From: Octopus sinensis
Taxonomy: Eukaryota
Length of the DNA stretch: 64,000 nucleotides
Assembly: GCF_006345805.1 (NCBI RefSeq)
Contig: NC_043019.1
Span: forward strand, 3,224,001-3,288,000
Reading direction: 5' to 3'
The notes under the pieces were generated by a model. That model was not told the origin of the DNA, made no database searches, and saw nothing but the letters and a program-made list of their open reading frames with translations. The first letter of the stretch is position 1. Each line of letters begins with the position of its first letter. Positions 27,670 to 41,350 of this stretch are shown piece after piece. Both the position numbers and the translations under genes were made by a program.

Positions 27670-28137
27670 ATACCTATTTCTTTACTACCCACAAGGGGCT
27701 AAACACAGAGAGGACAAACAAGGACAGACAAACGGATTAAGTAGATTATGTCGACCCCAGTGTGTAACTGGTACTTAATTTATCGACCCCGAAAGGATGA
27801 AAGGCAAAGTCAACCTCGGCGGAATTTGAACTCAGAACGTAACGGCAGACGAAATACGGCTACGCATTTCGCCCGGCATGCTAACGTTTCTGCCAGCTCG
27901 CAGCCTTTTCTTTCATAGCTGTATTCTTTTCTACTCTAGGCACAAGACCCGAAATTTTGGGGGAGGGGGCTGTCAATTAGACTGACCCCAGTACGCAACT
28001 GGTACTTAACTTATCGATTCCGAAAGGATGAAAGGTAAAGTCAACCTCGTTGGAATTTGAACTCAGAATGTAAAGGTGGACGAAATGCCGCGAAGCATTT
28101 CGACCGGTGTGCTAACGTTTCTGCCAGTTCGCTGCCT
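27670..28137 (-). mobile_element. Two SINE B-type copies in tandem
   Basis: Homology to family B. Confidence 0.85.
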
Positions 28138-28549
28138 TTCCTTTCATAGTTGTATTACCTAAAAATATTTCATATTCAGGGCTTTTATATATTTCAAACT
28201 TCGGTCTTTCGGTTGTTTGCTATGGTTGTATTAAAAATAATATGAAAAAACGAAAATATCCAATTATGGAAGCATTTAAAGAACGGACGTATACGATAAA
28301 TAACCTATTTATGTTTACGATAACGTCTTCGATATCTGATTCCTGAAATACCCTTTTAGGATTTTAAAAATATGTCGTAATAAGTTTCTGAAATAAATTC
28401 CTTCCTTTTTAAAACCGTAACTAAATACCTTTTTAATATCTTTTTCCATAGAAGAATTCTATATATTATTTTAAGTGTTCTTATTTAAACGTTGGTATTT
28501 GGATGAGATTTTAAAAGAAATGTTTATTATTAAGATGTTACTAAAATAT

Positions 28550-29095
28550 TATTCTATTGTTCAGATGTTGTTACTGAAATATTTTTTAGAATGTCATTAA
28601 TGAGTTGTTCAAATATTGTTATTAACATTTTGTTATACAGATATCATTACTTAAATAGAGTTAAGATAATGCTATTCCAGATATCGTTACTCCAGCTATT
28701 ATTATTCCAGAAATTGTTATTCCATATGTTGTTATTCCATAGGTTGTTACTAAGATGTTATTCAAGATATTGTTTTTCAGATGTTGTTATTTCCGATGTA
28801 GTCATTCGGATGCTGTTATTAAGATATTTCTGATGTTGTTACTCTGATGCAGTTATTCAAATGTTGTTATTCCAGAAATTGTTATTCCATGTGTTATTAT
28901 TCCATAGGTTGTTACTCAGATGTTATTCAAGATATTCAGATGTTGTTATTTCTGATGTTGTCATTCGGATGCTGTTATTAAGATATTTCTGATGCTATTA
29001 CTCTGATGCAGTTATTCAGATGTTGTTATTCCAAATATTGGTTTACCACTTGTTGTTATTCAGGGCTTGTTATTCTAGATGTTATCAAAATGTAG
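28550..29095. repeat. Degenerate ~15-bp minisatellite (gatgttgttattcca) with a 165-bp higher-order duplication
   Basis: Block starting at 28705 recurs at 28870. Confidence 0.85.
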
Positions 29096-29311
29096 TTAAA
29101 ACAATATTAAGACATTAGGGTCTCCGATCATGGTGTTTAAACGATGGGATCATGTGCACACAAAGGGAGTTATTTTAATGTGGTCAACATATCAACAAAA
29201 ATTATTCAATATTTTCATTACGAGCTTCGCTGTTTGACCACAGATTGTGCCTTTGCATTCATGCGAGCATATTTCTAGCTATAATGTGGCTTAATCACCT
29301 CTGTTAATTAT

Positions 29312-29520
29312 GTATTTCTTTACTACCCACAAGGGGCTAAACACAGAGAGGACAAACAAGGACAGACAAACGAATTAAGTCGATTACATCGACCACAGTG
29401 CGTAACTGGTACTTAATTTATCGACCCCGAAATGATGAAAAGCAAACTCGACCTCGGCGGAATTTGAACTCAGAACGCATTTCGCCCGGCGTGCAAACGT
29501 TTCTGCCAGCTCGCCGCCTT
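29312..29520 (-). mobile_element. SINE B
   Basis: Homology to family B. Confidence 0.85.
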
Positions 29521-29654
29521 CTCCTCTGATAATTATGATTAGTCTTTATATTGTAAATTCAATCATTTGTTTTGGGTTGGCATATAGATACGATATTGCG
29601 AATGAATGATGTCAACCAATCAATGACTCAAATAAAATTACTTGATTTATATAA

Positions 29655-30690
29655 GAGTAGACGCAGGCATGAATGTATGGTTATGAAGTTCGATTTGCAG
29701 CAACGTGGTTTCGGGTTCAGTTCCAATGCGCGGCACCTTGGATAAATATCTTCTATAGCCCCGGGTCAAGAAATGCCTTGTGTTTAAATATGTTGGCTGG
29801 AAGCTGAGAGGAAGCCTGTCGTATATATGTTTATGTATGTATGTATGTATGTATGCAGGGGTGGGCAAACTACGGCCCGCGGGCCGCATGCGGCCCGCCA
29901 TAGGTTTTCATGCGGCCCGCCGAGAGCTTCTATGAATCCCAACTTCTATGCAGATACTTCGTAACTGTTTCAGTTGTACGGTAATTCACAATAGTTTGCA
30001 ATTTATTTCAGTTCACTGTTTCGCGCCTTCACAAAATTGTCCGCTGTTTGTTTGTTTCAGCTACTGTGAAGCGATGAAAAATTTCGAGAAATATTCCCAT
30101 GACATCATAATAAAACACATTTCCGGGTGAAGATATGGTTGTCCATAATATTAAGAGGTGGTTGTCCACGATTAGTGCAGATTTTACTAGGAAAATTCCA
30201 AAATAACCGAGGTTCCTGTAATAATTTCAACTATAGGAGCAAATAACCGAAAAACATGAACCCGATACTCTAAAAAATAAATTAAATCACTTAAGCCAGG
30301 AATATTTCACAAAATTTCCTTTCAATCAATTGTGTGTTTATAGGTCTATAACCGCCTTTAAAAATATTTTCACTTGATTTTTATAAATGAGGCCTGCCAA
30401 GGTTCCAAAGACGCATTGTGCGGCCCGCGATCAAAAAAGTTCGCCCACCCCTGTATGTATGTATGTATATATGTATGTATGTATGTATGTACGTGTCTGT
30501 TTGTTCCCCCACCACTTGACATCCTGTGTTGATTCGCTTATGTTCTTGCAACTTAGCGGTTTGGAAAAAAGATACCATAAATAACTGACTTAGAAAAATA
30601 AGTTTTGCGGTCGAATTGTTTGACTAAATCCTTCAAAACGGTGCACAAACATGGCCGCAGTCCAATGACTGAAGCAAGTAAAAGAGAAGC
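29655..30690 (+). mobile_element. Old SINE A split by a hAT MITE
   Basis: Head 29655-29855; tail 30454-30690. Confidence 0.75.
29856..30453. mobile_element. Non-autonomous hAT-type element (598 bp)
   Basis: TIRs CAGGGGTGGGCAAAC / GTTCGCCCACCCCTG; subterminal cggcccgc repeats; 8-bp flank TATGTATG on both sides, though this lies within a microsatellite. Confidence 0.88.
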
Positions 30691-31317
30691 TGAGAGACAT
30701 CATGTGACAGTTTTGCTAGGAAAAACTACGCTTATTTCAGTCCGTCTACTAAATCCATTCACAAGGCTTTGATCGGTCCAGGGCAATAGTATAAGGCACT
30801 GGCCCAATTTGCAACGCAGTAGGATTGAACCCACGAAACATGTGGTCGGGAAACGAAATTCTTACCACACAAATCCACGCCTGTGCAGAAGACTTCATAG
30901 TAGTTTGTCTCTTTAGAATTATCTTTTGTTGTTTGTTTACCGCTAGAAAACAGTAACTTCACAAGTATTTGTTATTCTTTTGATGATTAAACAAAACGCA
31001 TACATTTAAATCGATTGACTTTGAAAAACGAAGTCGTTCAACCATTGTTCTAACGAATGTAAAATCTGTTAAACCAACGAAGATACTTCTACGTACATGG
31101 TCGTTCGACTTGTTACAAATAGCATAGCAAAACAAGAAAAGAAAAAAGAAAAAAGAAAACACACTACCATTTAGATAAATACAAAAAAAAGATATATTGC
31201 AGAATGTAAGGTCTGGTATACAAAAAGATGCAGTGGTCACAACTGGGACGCTTTTGATGATTAGTTGGTCAGGATTGACCAGGCAATAAGCAAAGCCAAT
31301 AATCCATTTTACATAAA

Positions 31318-31530
31318 ACGGCGAGCTGGCAGACTTATTAGCACGCCGGGCAAAATGCTTAGCGGTATTTCGTCCGTCTTTACATTCTGAGTTCAAAATC
31401 CCATCAAGGTAGACATTGCATTTTATCTTTTCACAACTGATAAAATAATTACTACCTGAGCACTTGGGTTAATGCAATCGAATTTGCCCCTCCCCCGGGA
31501 TCGTTGGCCTCGTGCCGAAATTTTGAATCC
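31318..31530 (+). mobile_element. Diverged SINE B-type copy
   Basis: ggcgagctggcag...gagttcaaaatccc head. Confidence 0.75.
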
Positions 31531-32576
31531 AGTAATTTAATGAAATTCCTCATTTCTGCCATAGTCTTTAGAAAAACTGTCCGTCTTGTGAGAGTCTCCC
31601 AGTAAATTAACATTTAGGAAGAGATTCAAACAAAAATAAATGATAAAACAAGGCATCGGAGGGGTGATGCATACCCTTCGCGCAGATAAAGTTTTTCGCA
31701 AATTATAGCGTGGCTTACAATGTGTTGCTTACCCACGATTTTTAATTGAACTGAATTAATTCCCTTTTAAGTATCACCATTTTAGGTATTTAAACTCTGG
31801 TGAAATTAAGAAATCAATTCGTAAAAAAAAAATGAAACCCTCGAATCCACATACACACACACTGTCGCATATCTATATATGTATTTATGTATGTTTGAAG
31901 ATAATCAAATCAAAGTTTCATCATTTCGAACCACTCACCCAAATCCTGCTATGGTATCGTCCTTCCATGTAACGTAAGATTTTGTCTCCCTCAGTTAAAA
32001 CCAAAGTGTTCTATATTTAAACACTTTAAACTCTCTATTTCCTGACGTAGAGCACAACTTTTGAGCAGATTTTACACGTTGTTTAAAGACGTTGACCACA
32101 ACTTTTCAACTGTTTACACTCACTCTATGTAAATTCAGTTTACTATTTTCAAACAGTTTCTATTCATTAATTCTAACATAGACTTCAACTATGGAACAGT
32201 TTACACTCTTTATTTACCGATGTAGATCAATATTAGTTCTTCAGATCCAACTGTTTACTTCTCAAAATATCTCATTTTAAATCATTATTATCGATGCGTA
32301 ATAGTCTACCAAACACGAGTATACAAGTACCGTATTACTGTACAGTTAGTGCCGTCTTCAAACCTGTACAAGTTGGGTCCTAGTTTTGTATCCCGATTCT
32401 GGTCTATGTTGCCAATAAATAAGGACAATCAGGCCTAATGTATTGTTTTTCCTGAGGACCCCAAGAATCGGGTGTCCAAATTCTAAACTATGCAGGCTGT
32501 GGCTTGTTGTTAATAGATTAATACAATCAGACCCAGTGCCAGTGAGTGATTGCCCAGGGCCCTTAGAGATCTAGGG

Positions 32577-32756
32577 CAGTGGTTCTCAACCTATGGTCCT
32601 CGGAACCTTGGTGGTTCGCAAAGGTAGTACTGGGGTCCGTCAAGTAAATTCAAAATTTTGTATATACACATAAAGGAAACGCATATTAAAAGGGATCTGT
32701 GGGAAAACTCATTTAAATAAAAGGGGTCCTTGGTAGGGAAAGGTTGGGAGCCACTA
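32577..32756. mobile_element. Charlie/MER5-like hAT MITE (180 bp)
   Basis: TIRs CAGTGGTTCTCAACC / GGTTGGGAGCCACTA; TSD ATCTAGGG / GTCTAGGG (7/8 match, close to the NTCTAGAN hAT target). Confidence 0.85.
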
Positions 32757-32805
32757 GTCTAGGGTCTCGATTCTGGTCTATGTATACTGTGGCTTGTTAC
32801 CAAAT

Positions 32806-32836
<31 letters not shown>

Positions 32837-32864
32837 TGTGTGTGTGTGTGTGTGTAAATGTGTG

Positions 32865-32902
<38 letters not shown>

Positions 32903-33797
32903 TATATATTTATATAATATTATATTAATGTATATTATATATATATATATATATGTGGTATATATATTATATATATATATATATATATAATATATATATA
33001 TAGATATATAGTATATGATATATATGTATATATATATTCACCACATACACGCTCGCATACATAATATATATATATATATATAATGTAAATATATGTATAT
33101 ATGTGTGTCTGTATATATATGTTTGTGTGTGTACCCTGATTTACAGTAAGGCGAAAATTTAATGGGACGAGAAATCATACACACACTCTCTTACTTAATA
33201 CATACATATATACTTATGTATGAGTATGTATGTATACCAATAAACGAGCGTATGTGGGTGCGTATAGTCTAAGTACACTGTGTAAATGTGTGTGTGTATG
33301 TAAGTGTGTGTGTGTGTGTGTGTGTATTGTCTGAGTGTATTGTGTGCGTTTCGAAGTGATGTGTTCATTGCTCTCTCTCTCAAATTCTTATTAACTCTCC
33401 CATATGAATTCTTGTGTTCTTGTTAAACACTTTTGCTAATAAACAATGGCAGTATATTATTACAATAACGACTACGACGACGACGACGAGAGCGGCAATA
33501 ACAGCAACAACAACAACAACAACGACACCAACGACAACAACAAGAGCAGCATCAGAAACATTAATGGTGTATACAAACATTCACGAAACGAAGAGAAGAA
33601 ACATTAAGTTTGTTTCCAGTTCAATTGCTGGAATGAAAAGATGTTTTTCAGTTTTGATAAAATATTTCGATTGTGATGCAGTTAAGTAGACATATACGAA
33701 TACACATGTATGTATGTATGTATGTATGTGTGTATGTATGTATGTATGTATGTATGTATGTATGTATGTATGTATGTATGTATCCGTGTGTGTGTAT

Positions 33798-33971
33798 AGG
33801 CGTAGGAGTGACATAGACACACGCGTGGCCGTGTGGTTAGTAGCTTGCTTGCCAACCACATCGTTCCTGGCTCAGTCCCACTGCGTGGAACCTTGGGGTA
33901 GTGTCTTCTACTATTATCTCGGGCCGACCAACCTTGTCAGTGGATTAGTGAATTTCGTAGACGGAAACTGA
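33798..33971 (+). mobile_element. SINE A head truncated by the assembly gap
   Basis: Homology to 7679. Confidence 0.75.
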
Positions 33972-34071
33972 NNNNNNNNNNNNNNNNNNNNNNNNNNNNN
34001 NNNNNNNNNNNNNNNNNNNNNNNNNNNNNNNNNNNNNNNNNNNNNNNNNNNNNNNNNNNNNNNNNNNNNNN
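33972..34071. other. Assembly gap (100 N)
   Basis: N run. Confidence 1.
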
Positions 34072-34646
34072 TATTTTTTCACCCGATATGGTTCGACAGC
34101 AAAGTTGACACTGGCATTCTTTGAACTTGGAACGAAACGTTTTCAAAGTGAAATAATACACGATATTTTCTACCTCTTTCTATCGAACGAAACGAAACGA
34201 ACGAACCTCTGTGAAATCGAGTTCACCTCAGATTATTTCTGTTAAAAGGAAGTGCAAAGATGTTAGATGTGCAAGATCGTGTTATTAGTGGTGAATGAAG
34301 GAAGGAATGGGGCAAAGGGGAAGCAATTTTTTGTGCTGATCTGAACAGGATATTGGAAAAGAACGGTGTACAAGAACTAAAGTTATAGAAGCACACACAC
34401 ACACACATACATGAAAATACACACACGCATAGATACATAGATACACACATACATACGTATATATATGTATATATATATATATACATATATATATATACAT
34501 ATATATATATACATATATATATACGCATATAAATTAAATTAGAGATAAAACCACTATTGGGCAAATCAAACAGTGAAAAACAAACCAAAACATAGAAATA
34601 AAATTAATTAATATAATATATATATATATCTATATATATATATACA

Positions 34647-34679
<33 letters not shown>

Positions 34680-35524
34680 ATATGTATGTATATTATATAT
34701 ATATATAGATATATTATATATATATAATATATAATGTATATACAATATATATATGTATATACATATTATATGTAATATATAGTGTATATACATATATATT
34801 ATACATATATATATATATACATATATATCTACATATATAATATACATATATAAATATACATATAATATATACATATATATATACATAAATATATACATAT
34901 ATATATACATATATATATGTATATGTATGATTGCGTACCATGTACACATGCATACTTACCTACATATATATATGCACAATACCTACGTCTACATTATGTG
35001 TGCGTGTAGGGGGTGCATACATATACATATATATTGATACATGTATATAAACGTATTTTTCTTTCAAACGTATTTTATTTTGAAGACCACGTGCGATTTT
35101 AATTATTTATTTAATTAATCATTTTTTTCTTGTATCTTTATTGTTTGCTTTTTCTTTATGTCTCATTTCTAACACTAACGTTCCTAAAACCATTATTATT
35201 TCTGGATCGTTTCTGTCTCTGCCTTTCTCTTTTTTTTTCCTTGTAAGCAACAAGGATCGCGAGAATTATGTTGTGACTGATAAAGTTGCCATAACCACAG
35301 TGGGAACTTCTAACCCTTAAATCCAAGCATTTACATTAATGGGTCATTACAGCATATGACAATACACAGCGCGAAACGGAACTGGCTACTTAAACGTTAG
35401 TTAATAACATCGTCGTCGTCGCCGTCGTGTATAGGATTTCATATAAAAAATATTCTAAAAGATCAGCGATGGCAGTTTTATCAATAAAGGAAATATAAAC
35501 CAACGCGTCAACACATGCAGAGAG

Positions 35525-35808
35525 AACGAAAGAAAAAAAGAAAGAAAGAAAGAAAGAAAGAAAGACAGAAAGAAAGTAAGATAGAAAGAAAGAAAGAAAG
35601 GAAGGAAGAAAGAACCAAAGAAAGAAAGAAGGAAAGAAAGAAAGAAAGAAGGAAGGAAAGTAACAAAGAAGGAAAGTAACAAAGAAAGAAAGAAAGAAAG
35701 AAAGAAAGGAAGCCAGAAAGAGAGAGAGAGAAAGAAAGAAGGAAAGAAAGAAAGAGAGGAAGAGAGGAAGAGAGAATGAAAGAAAGATAGATAGATAGAT
35801 AGATAGAC

Positions 35809-35847
<39 letters not shown>

Positions 35848-35870
35848 GAGATAGATAGATAGATAGATAG

Positions 35871-35920
<50 letters not shown>
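35525..35920. repeat. (GAAA)n followed by (GATA)n
   Basis: Direct reading of the sequence. Confidence 0.95.
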
Positions 35921-35921
<1 letters not shown>

Positions 35922-36179
35922 GGAGAGCATCTGTGTTATAAACTATGAATGTATTCTGTATTAATATTTAATTACGTTATTTAATCCAGCAAAGATGGTT
36001 TTATGGGATTATAACACCATTCTCCTGGTGCTTGCAGTCTGCTATAAACTATCGCAGCAATGAAAGCGCCTCTATGAGAACACCAAGGTCTAGAAACGTT
36101 AATGGGCATGGAAACGCTATTTTTTCAAGCGAAACATAAAGGGCTAAGAAAAATATGAAAGAAAATCCTCAGTAAGGAT

Positions 36180-36371
36180 AGGCGCAGGAGTGGCTGTGTG
36201 GTAAGTAGCTTGCTAACCAACCACATGGCTCCGGGTTCAGTCACACTGCGTGGCATCTTGGGCAAGTGTCTTCTGCTATAGCCCCGGGCCGACCAATGCC
36301 TTGTGAGTGGATTTGGTAGACGGAAACTGAAAGAAGCCTGTCGTATATATGTATATATATATGTATATGTA

Positions 36372-36413
<42 letters not shown>

Positions 36414-36606
36414 TGTGTCTGTCCCCCTAGCATTGCTTGACAACCGATGCTGGTGTGTTTATGTCCCCGTCATTTAGCGGTTCGGCAAAAGAGACCGATA
36501 GAATAAGTACTAGGCTTACAAAGAATAAGTCCCGGGGTCGAGTTGCTCGACTAAAGGCGGTGCTCCAGCATGGCCGCAGTCAAATGACTGAAACAAGTAA
36601 AAGAGA
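36180..36606 (+). mobile_element. Full-length SINE A
   Basis: Complete head, (TG)n core and tail. Confidence 0.92.
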
Positions 36607-36810
36607 GAGAGAGAGTATATAACAGTAGAAAGGCAGCTGGAAGATTGCATTTAAATCAAGCTGATATGATGGAGTTCTTAATAGTAATTGGTGAAGGAAG
36701 AAACATTACATGGTAGACATTTTGGGAGACTATGAAAGGGACACGACAAAGACAGTTTGAGAAGTTAAAATAAATATATAGTGTGCATGCCTTGTTTGTG
36801 TATTCATATA

Positions 36811-37017
36811 CTCTTTTACTCGTTTACTTCTTTCAGTTATTTGACTGTGGCCATGCTGGAGCACCGCCTTTAGTAGTCGAGCAAATCGACCCCAAGACTT
36901 ATTCTTTGTAAGCCTAGTACTTATTCTATCGGTCTCTTTTGCCGAACCACCAGCATCGGTTGTCAAGCAATTTTTGGGGACAAATACAGACACACAAACA
37001 TATACACACACACATAA

Positions 37018-37066
<49 letters not shown>

Positions 37067-37238
37067 TATATGCATATATACGACGGGCTTCTTTCAGTTT
37101 CCGTTTACCGAATCCACTCACAATCCTTTGGTCGGCCTGAGGCTATAGTAGAAGACACTTGCTGAAGGTGCCACACGGTGGGACTGAACCTGGAACCATA
37201 TGGTTGGTAAACAAGCTACTTACCACACAGCCACTCCA
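36811..37238 (-). mobile_element. Near-full-length SINE A, inverted relative to 36180-36606
   Basis: Reverse-complement homology across head, core and tail. Confidence 0.92.
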
Positions 37239-37264
37239 TATATATATATGTGTGTGTGTGTTTG

Positions 37265-37300
<36 letters not shown>

Positions 37301-37736
37301 GTGTATTCCGGCATGTAGTCGAGGGGTACATACATGGTGGGTATCGTCTCTTTTCTTGTTTCTTTACTTTGGTTATTTTCTTATGCTACTTTGATAAAGA
37401 ATTCACCCGAAATGTTAGCCTGTTTTTTCCCCTCTTTTACAGCGTACTATTCACTGTACACGTCTATTTATATTCTTTACGTGTGTGTGTGGGGGGGGGG
37501 TTTACAATTTGCCCATCACCTTTTGAATTTTTGTTTACCAATTGAAATCTCTGACGTCGTCCATCTGTCCAGCTCTTACTAAAACAAGTAAAAACATGTA
37601 TTTGTTTGTGCGTACTAACGTAGCTTCTTTTGCAAGCATTTACTTTGGTGAAAGTCGTGTGGTCATTTCGTAAGAACAAGAACAAATGCGTTTAACTTTT
37701 TTATAATTGTGGATAAAAATAAAATAAAATAAATGC

Positions 37737-37981
37737 TCCCTTTTAGAGCCTAGCCAGGCTCATGGGCCCGGTTTCCCGGTTTCAATGGCGTATGTGTTAC
37801 CCAGCTGGACGGGACGCCAGTCCATCGCAGCGTTACTCATTTTTGCCAGCTGAGTGGACTGGAGTAACGTGAAATGAAGTGTTTTGCTCAAGAACACAAG
37901 GCGTCGCCCGGTCCTGGAATCGAAACCACAATCTTACGGGCATGATGCTGACACCCTAACCACTAAGCCACGCGCCTCCAC
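37737..37981 (-). mobile_element. tRNA-headed SINE related to family C
   Basis: Minus strand gtggaggcgcgtggcttagtggttag...ttcgattccagg. Confidence 0.8.
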
Positions 37982-38213
37982 ATAGTTTTGGATACCAAAA
38001 TAATTATCAGATATGAATCTTGTGCATATATAGAGGGAAGGAGGGAGGCATATTTCATTGTTTCTTTTCAAAATGGCCACTATGTTTCAACTATCGTCTC
38101 TTCGGGGGAAACTAATTGATCTTACACGGCGACTGCTACGTGTTTCCTTATTAACGACCGGCAAAATGCAGTTTGGATAGGGAAAAGCAAGAAGAAAGAG
38201 AAGACTGAATGAA

Positions 38214-38244
<31 letters not shown>

Positions 38245-39497
38245 GAAGATAGAGAAAGAGAGAGAGGTGAGAGAAGTTGCTGGAAGTATTGTTTACTAAG
38301 AAAATATATACGAGGGTATTAGGGAGATATTGGGAGTGGTGAGAAAGAGAGAGAAAGATACAAAGAGGAAGAGACAGGGAAAGACAAAGAAAGCGAGGGA
38401 GAAGCTGAATAATATATGGGAAACAACAGTGTCGAAGTCAAAGAAATTGAAAGAGGGAAAGCCGGGGGTTAAATGGAGAGTAACTGCGAGGTTAGTGCGA
38501 GGGGTCATGGTAGCAGAATTAGACGAAGAGGAAGAGAGATGGAGAAGTAAAATGGAGAGGAAAAAGAAAGGGACAACAAATTGATGGAAGAATTAGAGAC
38601 ACTTGAGAGTGAGATGTAGGGATCACGCGGTTCGAGATATGATGACCAGGTGCGGGGGAGATGTAGGGAAGGTGGAAATTGATAAACGAGAAAAGAGAGA
38701 AAAGGCGAGCAAAACGAAAGGAGGAGATGTTATTAGATGTTATTAGAGCAGTGAGACTTGGAAAATGAAAGAAAGCCAGGGGAAAGTGTGTTTAAGGTAA
38801 GGTAAGCGATAAACAACAGATCTATTGATATCCTTGGAATGACTCAAGAAATATCCCTAGGGTAGCTTTGTGAAGTTTCATATCCAGATTCACACATTTA
38901 AAATGAGTTAAAACACTTTAAATAATTTAGATGATTGAGATAATTTAGAATTGTAAAGGGTGATAAAAATAATTAGAAGAGTTAAATTTAAAATACAAAA
39001 TAAAATATACGTTTTGGAATATATCACTACTTAATGCGATTTAAAATGATTAAACTCCTTTAGGATGGAAAATGGTTTGGTTCGGTTGTTAATAGATAAG
39101 AAATGAATAGAGTTGGGAAAGTAAGGAAGCGCATAAAGAAATAATTAACGTTACTAATGAAATATACATTTAGATTGCTACGTATAACGACGCCACGGTG
39201 GTTAGAGGCGCTAATGGAGACGAGTGAGGTATGGAAGGAAATAAAAAGGATAAGCGATCAAACATTAATAAGTATAGTGATAACACAGGTAAAAACAAAT
39301 AATGAATATAAGTTTGTTAAGGTTTAGTTGTAGTTCACAACAGCAACGGTACTTCAACAAATTAGATTTGTCGATGCGTTAAAACTAAAAGCTTTAGGTT
39401 ACAAGAAGATAGATATAAATTCAATGAACGGTAATAGGTATCAGCGAGTACGCATGTCAGAAACAGAGGAAAATTTGATTTGGTTATGTGTATACAT

Positions 39498-40062
39498 GTG
39501 GAGGCACATGGCCTAGTGGTTAGAGCTGCGGACTCGCGGTCGAGGGATCACGGGTTCGAATCTCAGACCGGGCGATGTGTGTGTTTATGAGCGAGACACC
39601 TAAGCTCCACGCGGCTCCGACAGAAGGTAATGGCGAACTTCTGCTGACACTTTCGCGGACTCACGGTCGAGGGATAGCGGGTTCGAATCTCAGACCGGGC
39701 GATGTGTGTGTTTATGAGCGAAACACCTAAGCTCCACGCGGCTCCGACAGAAGGTAATGGCGAACTTCTGCTGACACTTTCGCGGACTCGCGGTCGAGGG
39801 ATCGCAGGTTCGAATCTCAGACCGGGCGATGTGTGTGTTTATGAGCGAAACATCTAAGCTCCACGCGGCTCTGGCAGAAGGTAATGGCGAACTTCTGCTG
39901 ACACTTTCACCACAACTTTCTCTCACTCTTTCCTCCTGCATCTAGCAGCTCACCTGCAACGAACTGGCGTCCCGTCCAGGTGAGGAACCTATACCCCAAG
40001 GAAATCGGGAAACCGGCCCTTATGAGCCAGGCGTAGCTCGAGAAGGGACAAACAACAACAAT
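39498..40062 (+). mobile_element. SINE C-type with triplicated 127-bp B-box module
   Basis: cggtcgagggat recurs at 39537, 39664 and 39791; ends in (caa)n. Confidence 0.88.
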
Positions 40063-40325
40063 GTGTATACATCGGTAAAATACTGAATGCGGAATAGAAA
40101 GGATCATATTAAGATAGGGGACAGGTTTGAAATATTTGTATATTTTATGTTTGCAATATAAAAGCTTCCCATATCGTCTGTTTCGGCTCGGCTGGAATGT
40201 GTTACCCTACCCTATATATTCACCTATGTAGTGCCGAAAATGAACTTTCTTATCTTCCATTTTAAAGGGTTACAGAATTAACACAGGTTATAGGAACATA
40301 AACCTTCTTCCACGAAAATATAGCT

Positions 40326-40650
40326 TAAACTTGCCTTTCATCCTTTCAGGGTCGATTAAATAAGTACCAGTTACGCACTGGAGTCGATGTAATCGACTTA
40401 AATCCCTTTGTCTGTCCTTGTTTGTCCCCTCTGTGTTTAGCCCCTTGTGGGTAGTAAAGAAAAAAGTATTTCATCTGCCGTTACGTTCTGAGTTCAAATT
40501 CCGCCGAGGTCGACTTTGCCTTTCGTCCTTTCGGGGGTCGATTAAATAAGTACCAGTTACGCACTGTGGTCGATGTAATCGACTTAATCCCTTTGTCTGT
40601 CCTTGTTTGTCCCCTCTATGTTTAGCCCCCTGTGGGCAATAAAGAAATAA
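40326..40650 (+). mobile_element. SINE B 3' modules x2
   Basis: Homology to 26447-26998. Confidence 0.85.
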
Positions 40651-41263
40651 AATACGCTCTCTGTTGCAAACAAATGATAGACAACTGTTGAGAACTTTTA
40701 CCATTTTGCTTTACTGCAAAACTTTGCAGGCAATAGCTACAGTATTTAACTCTATTTGGCTCTACATTATTCTGTTTAATTCAAAGAGAGAAAAGAAACC
40801 AGTTTTTATTACTCTTTTTTTTTTTAGTGGTAATATTGTGGCATCGGTTACTATTTTCTACTGACGCCTTCATTGTTCCTCGATATTCTATGAAGATAAT
40901 GATCAGCGGTATTCAACACGGCACGAAATAAGAAGCAGATTACGAGGAGAAATGTTTTGGGAGTATCACGTGGTCTGTGTTTGTGTGTACAAACGCACGC
41001 ACACACGCACACGCACACACACACACTCACATGCACATATGAGTGTATGTATCTGTGTATGTATATCTTTGTATGTGTATGTGTGAAGTTCTCTATGACA
41101 AGCAAGGTGTTATATGTATGCGTATGGTGTGTATGTATGTACATGTGCGTGTGTGTGTATGCATACATACATATATACATATATGCATACATAAATGTAT
41201 ATATATATATATATATTCATATATAATAATGCATATGTATATGTATACATGTAGTGTGTATAC

Positions 41264-41350
<87 letters not shown>

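Noticed and set aside
30959-31396. 145-aa minus-strand ORF as a gene
   Set aside because: Starts inside a SINE and crosses a poly-T tract; a small exon near 31005-31070 is possible but the frame is ambiguous.
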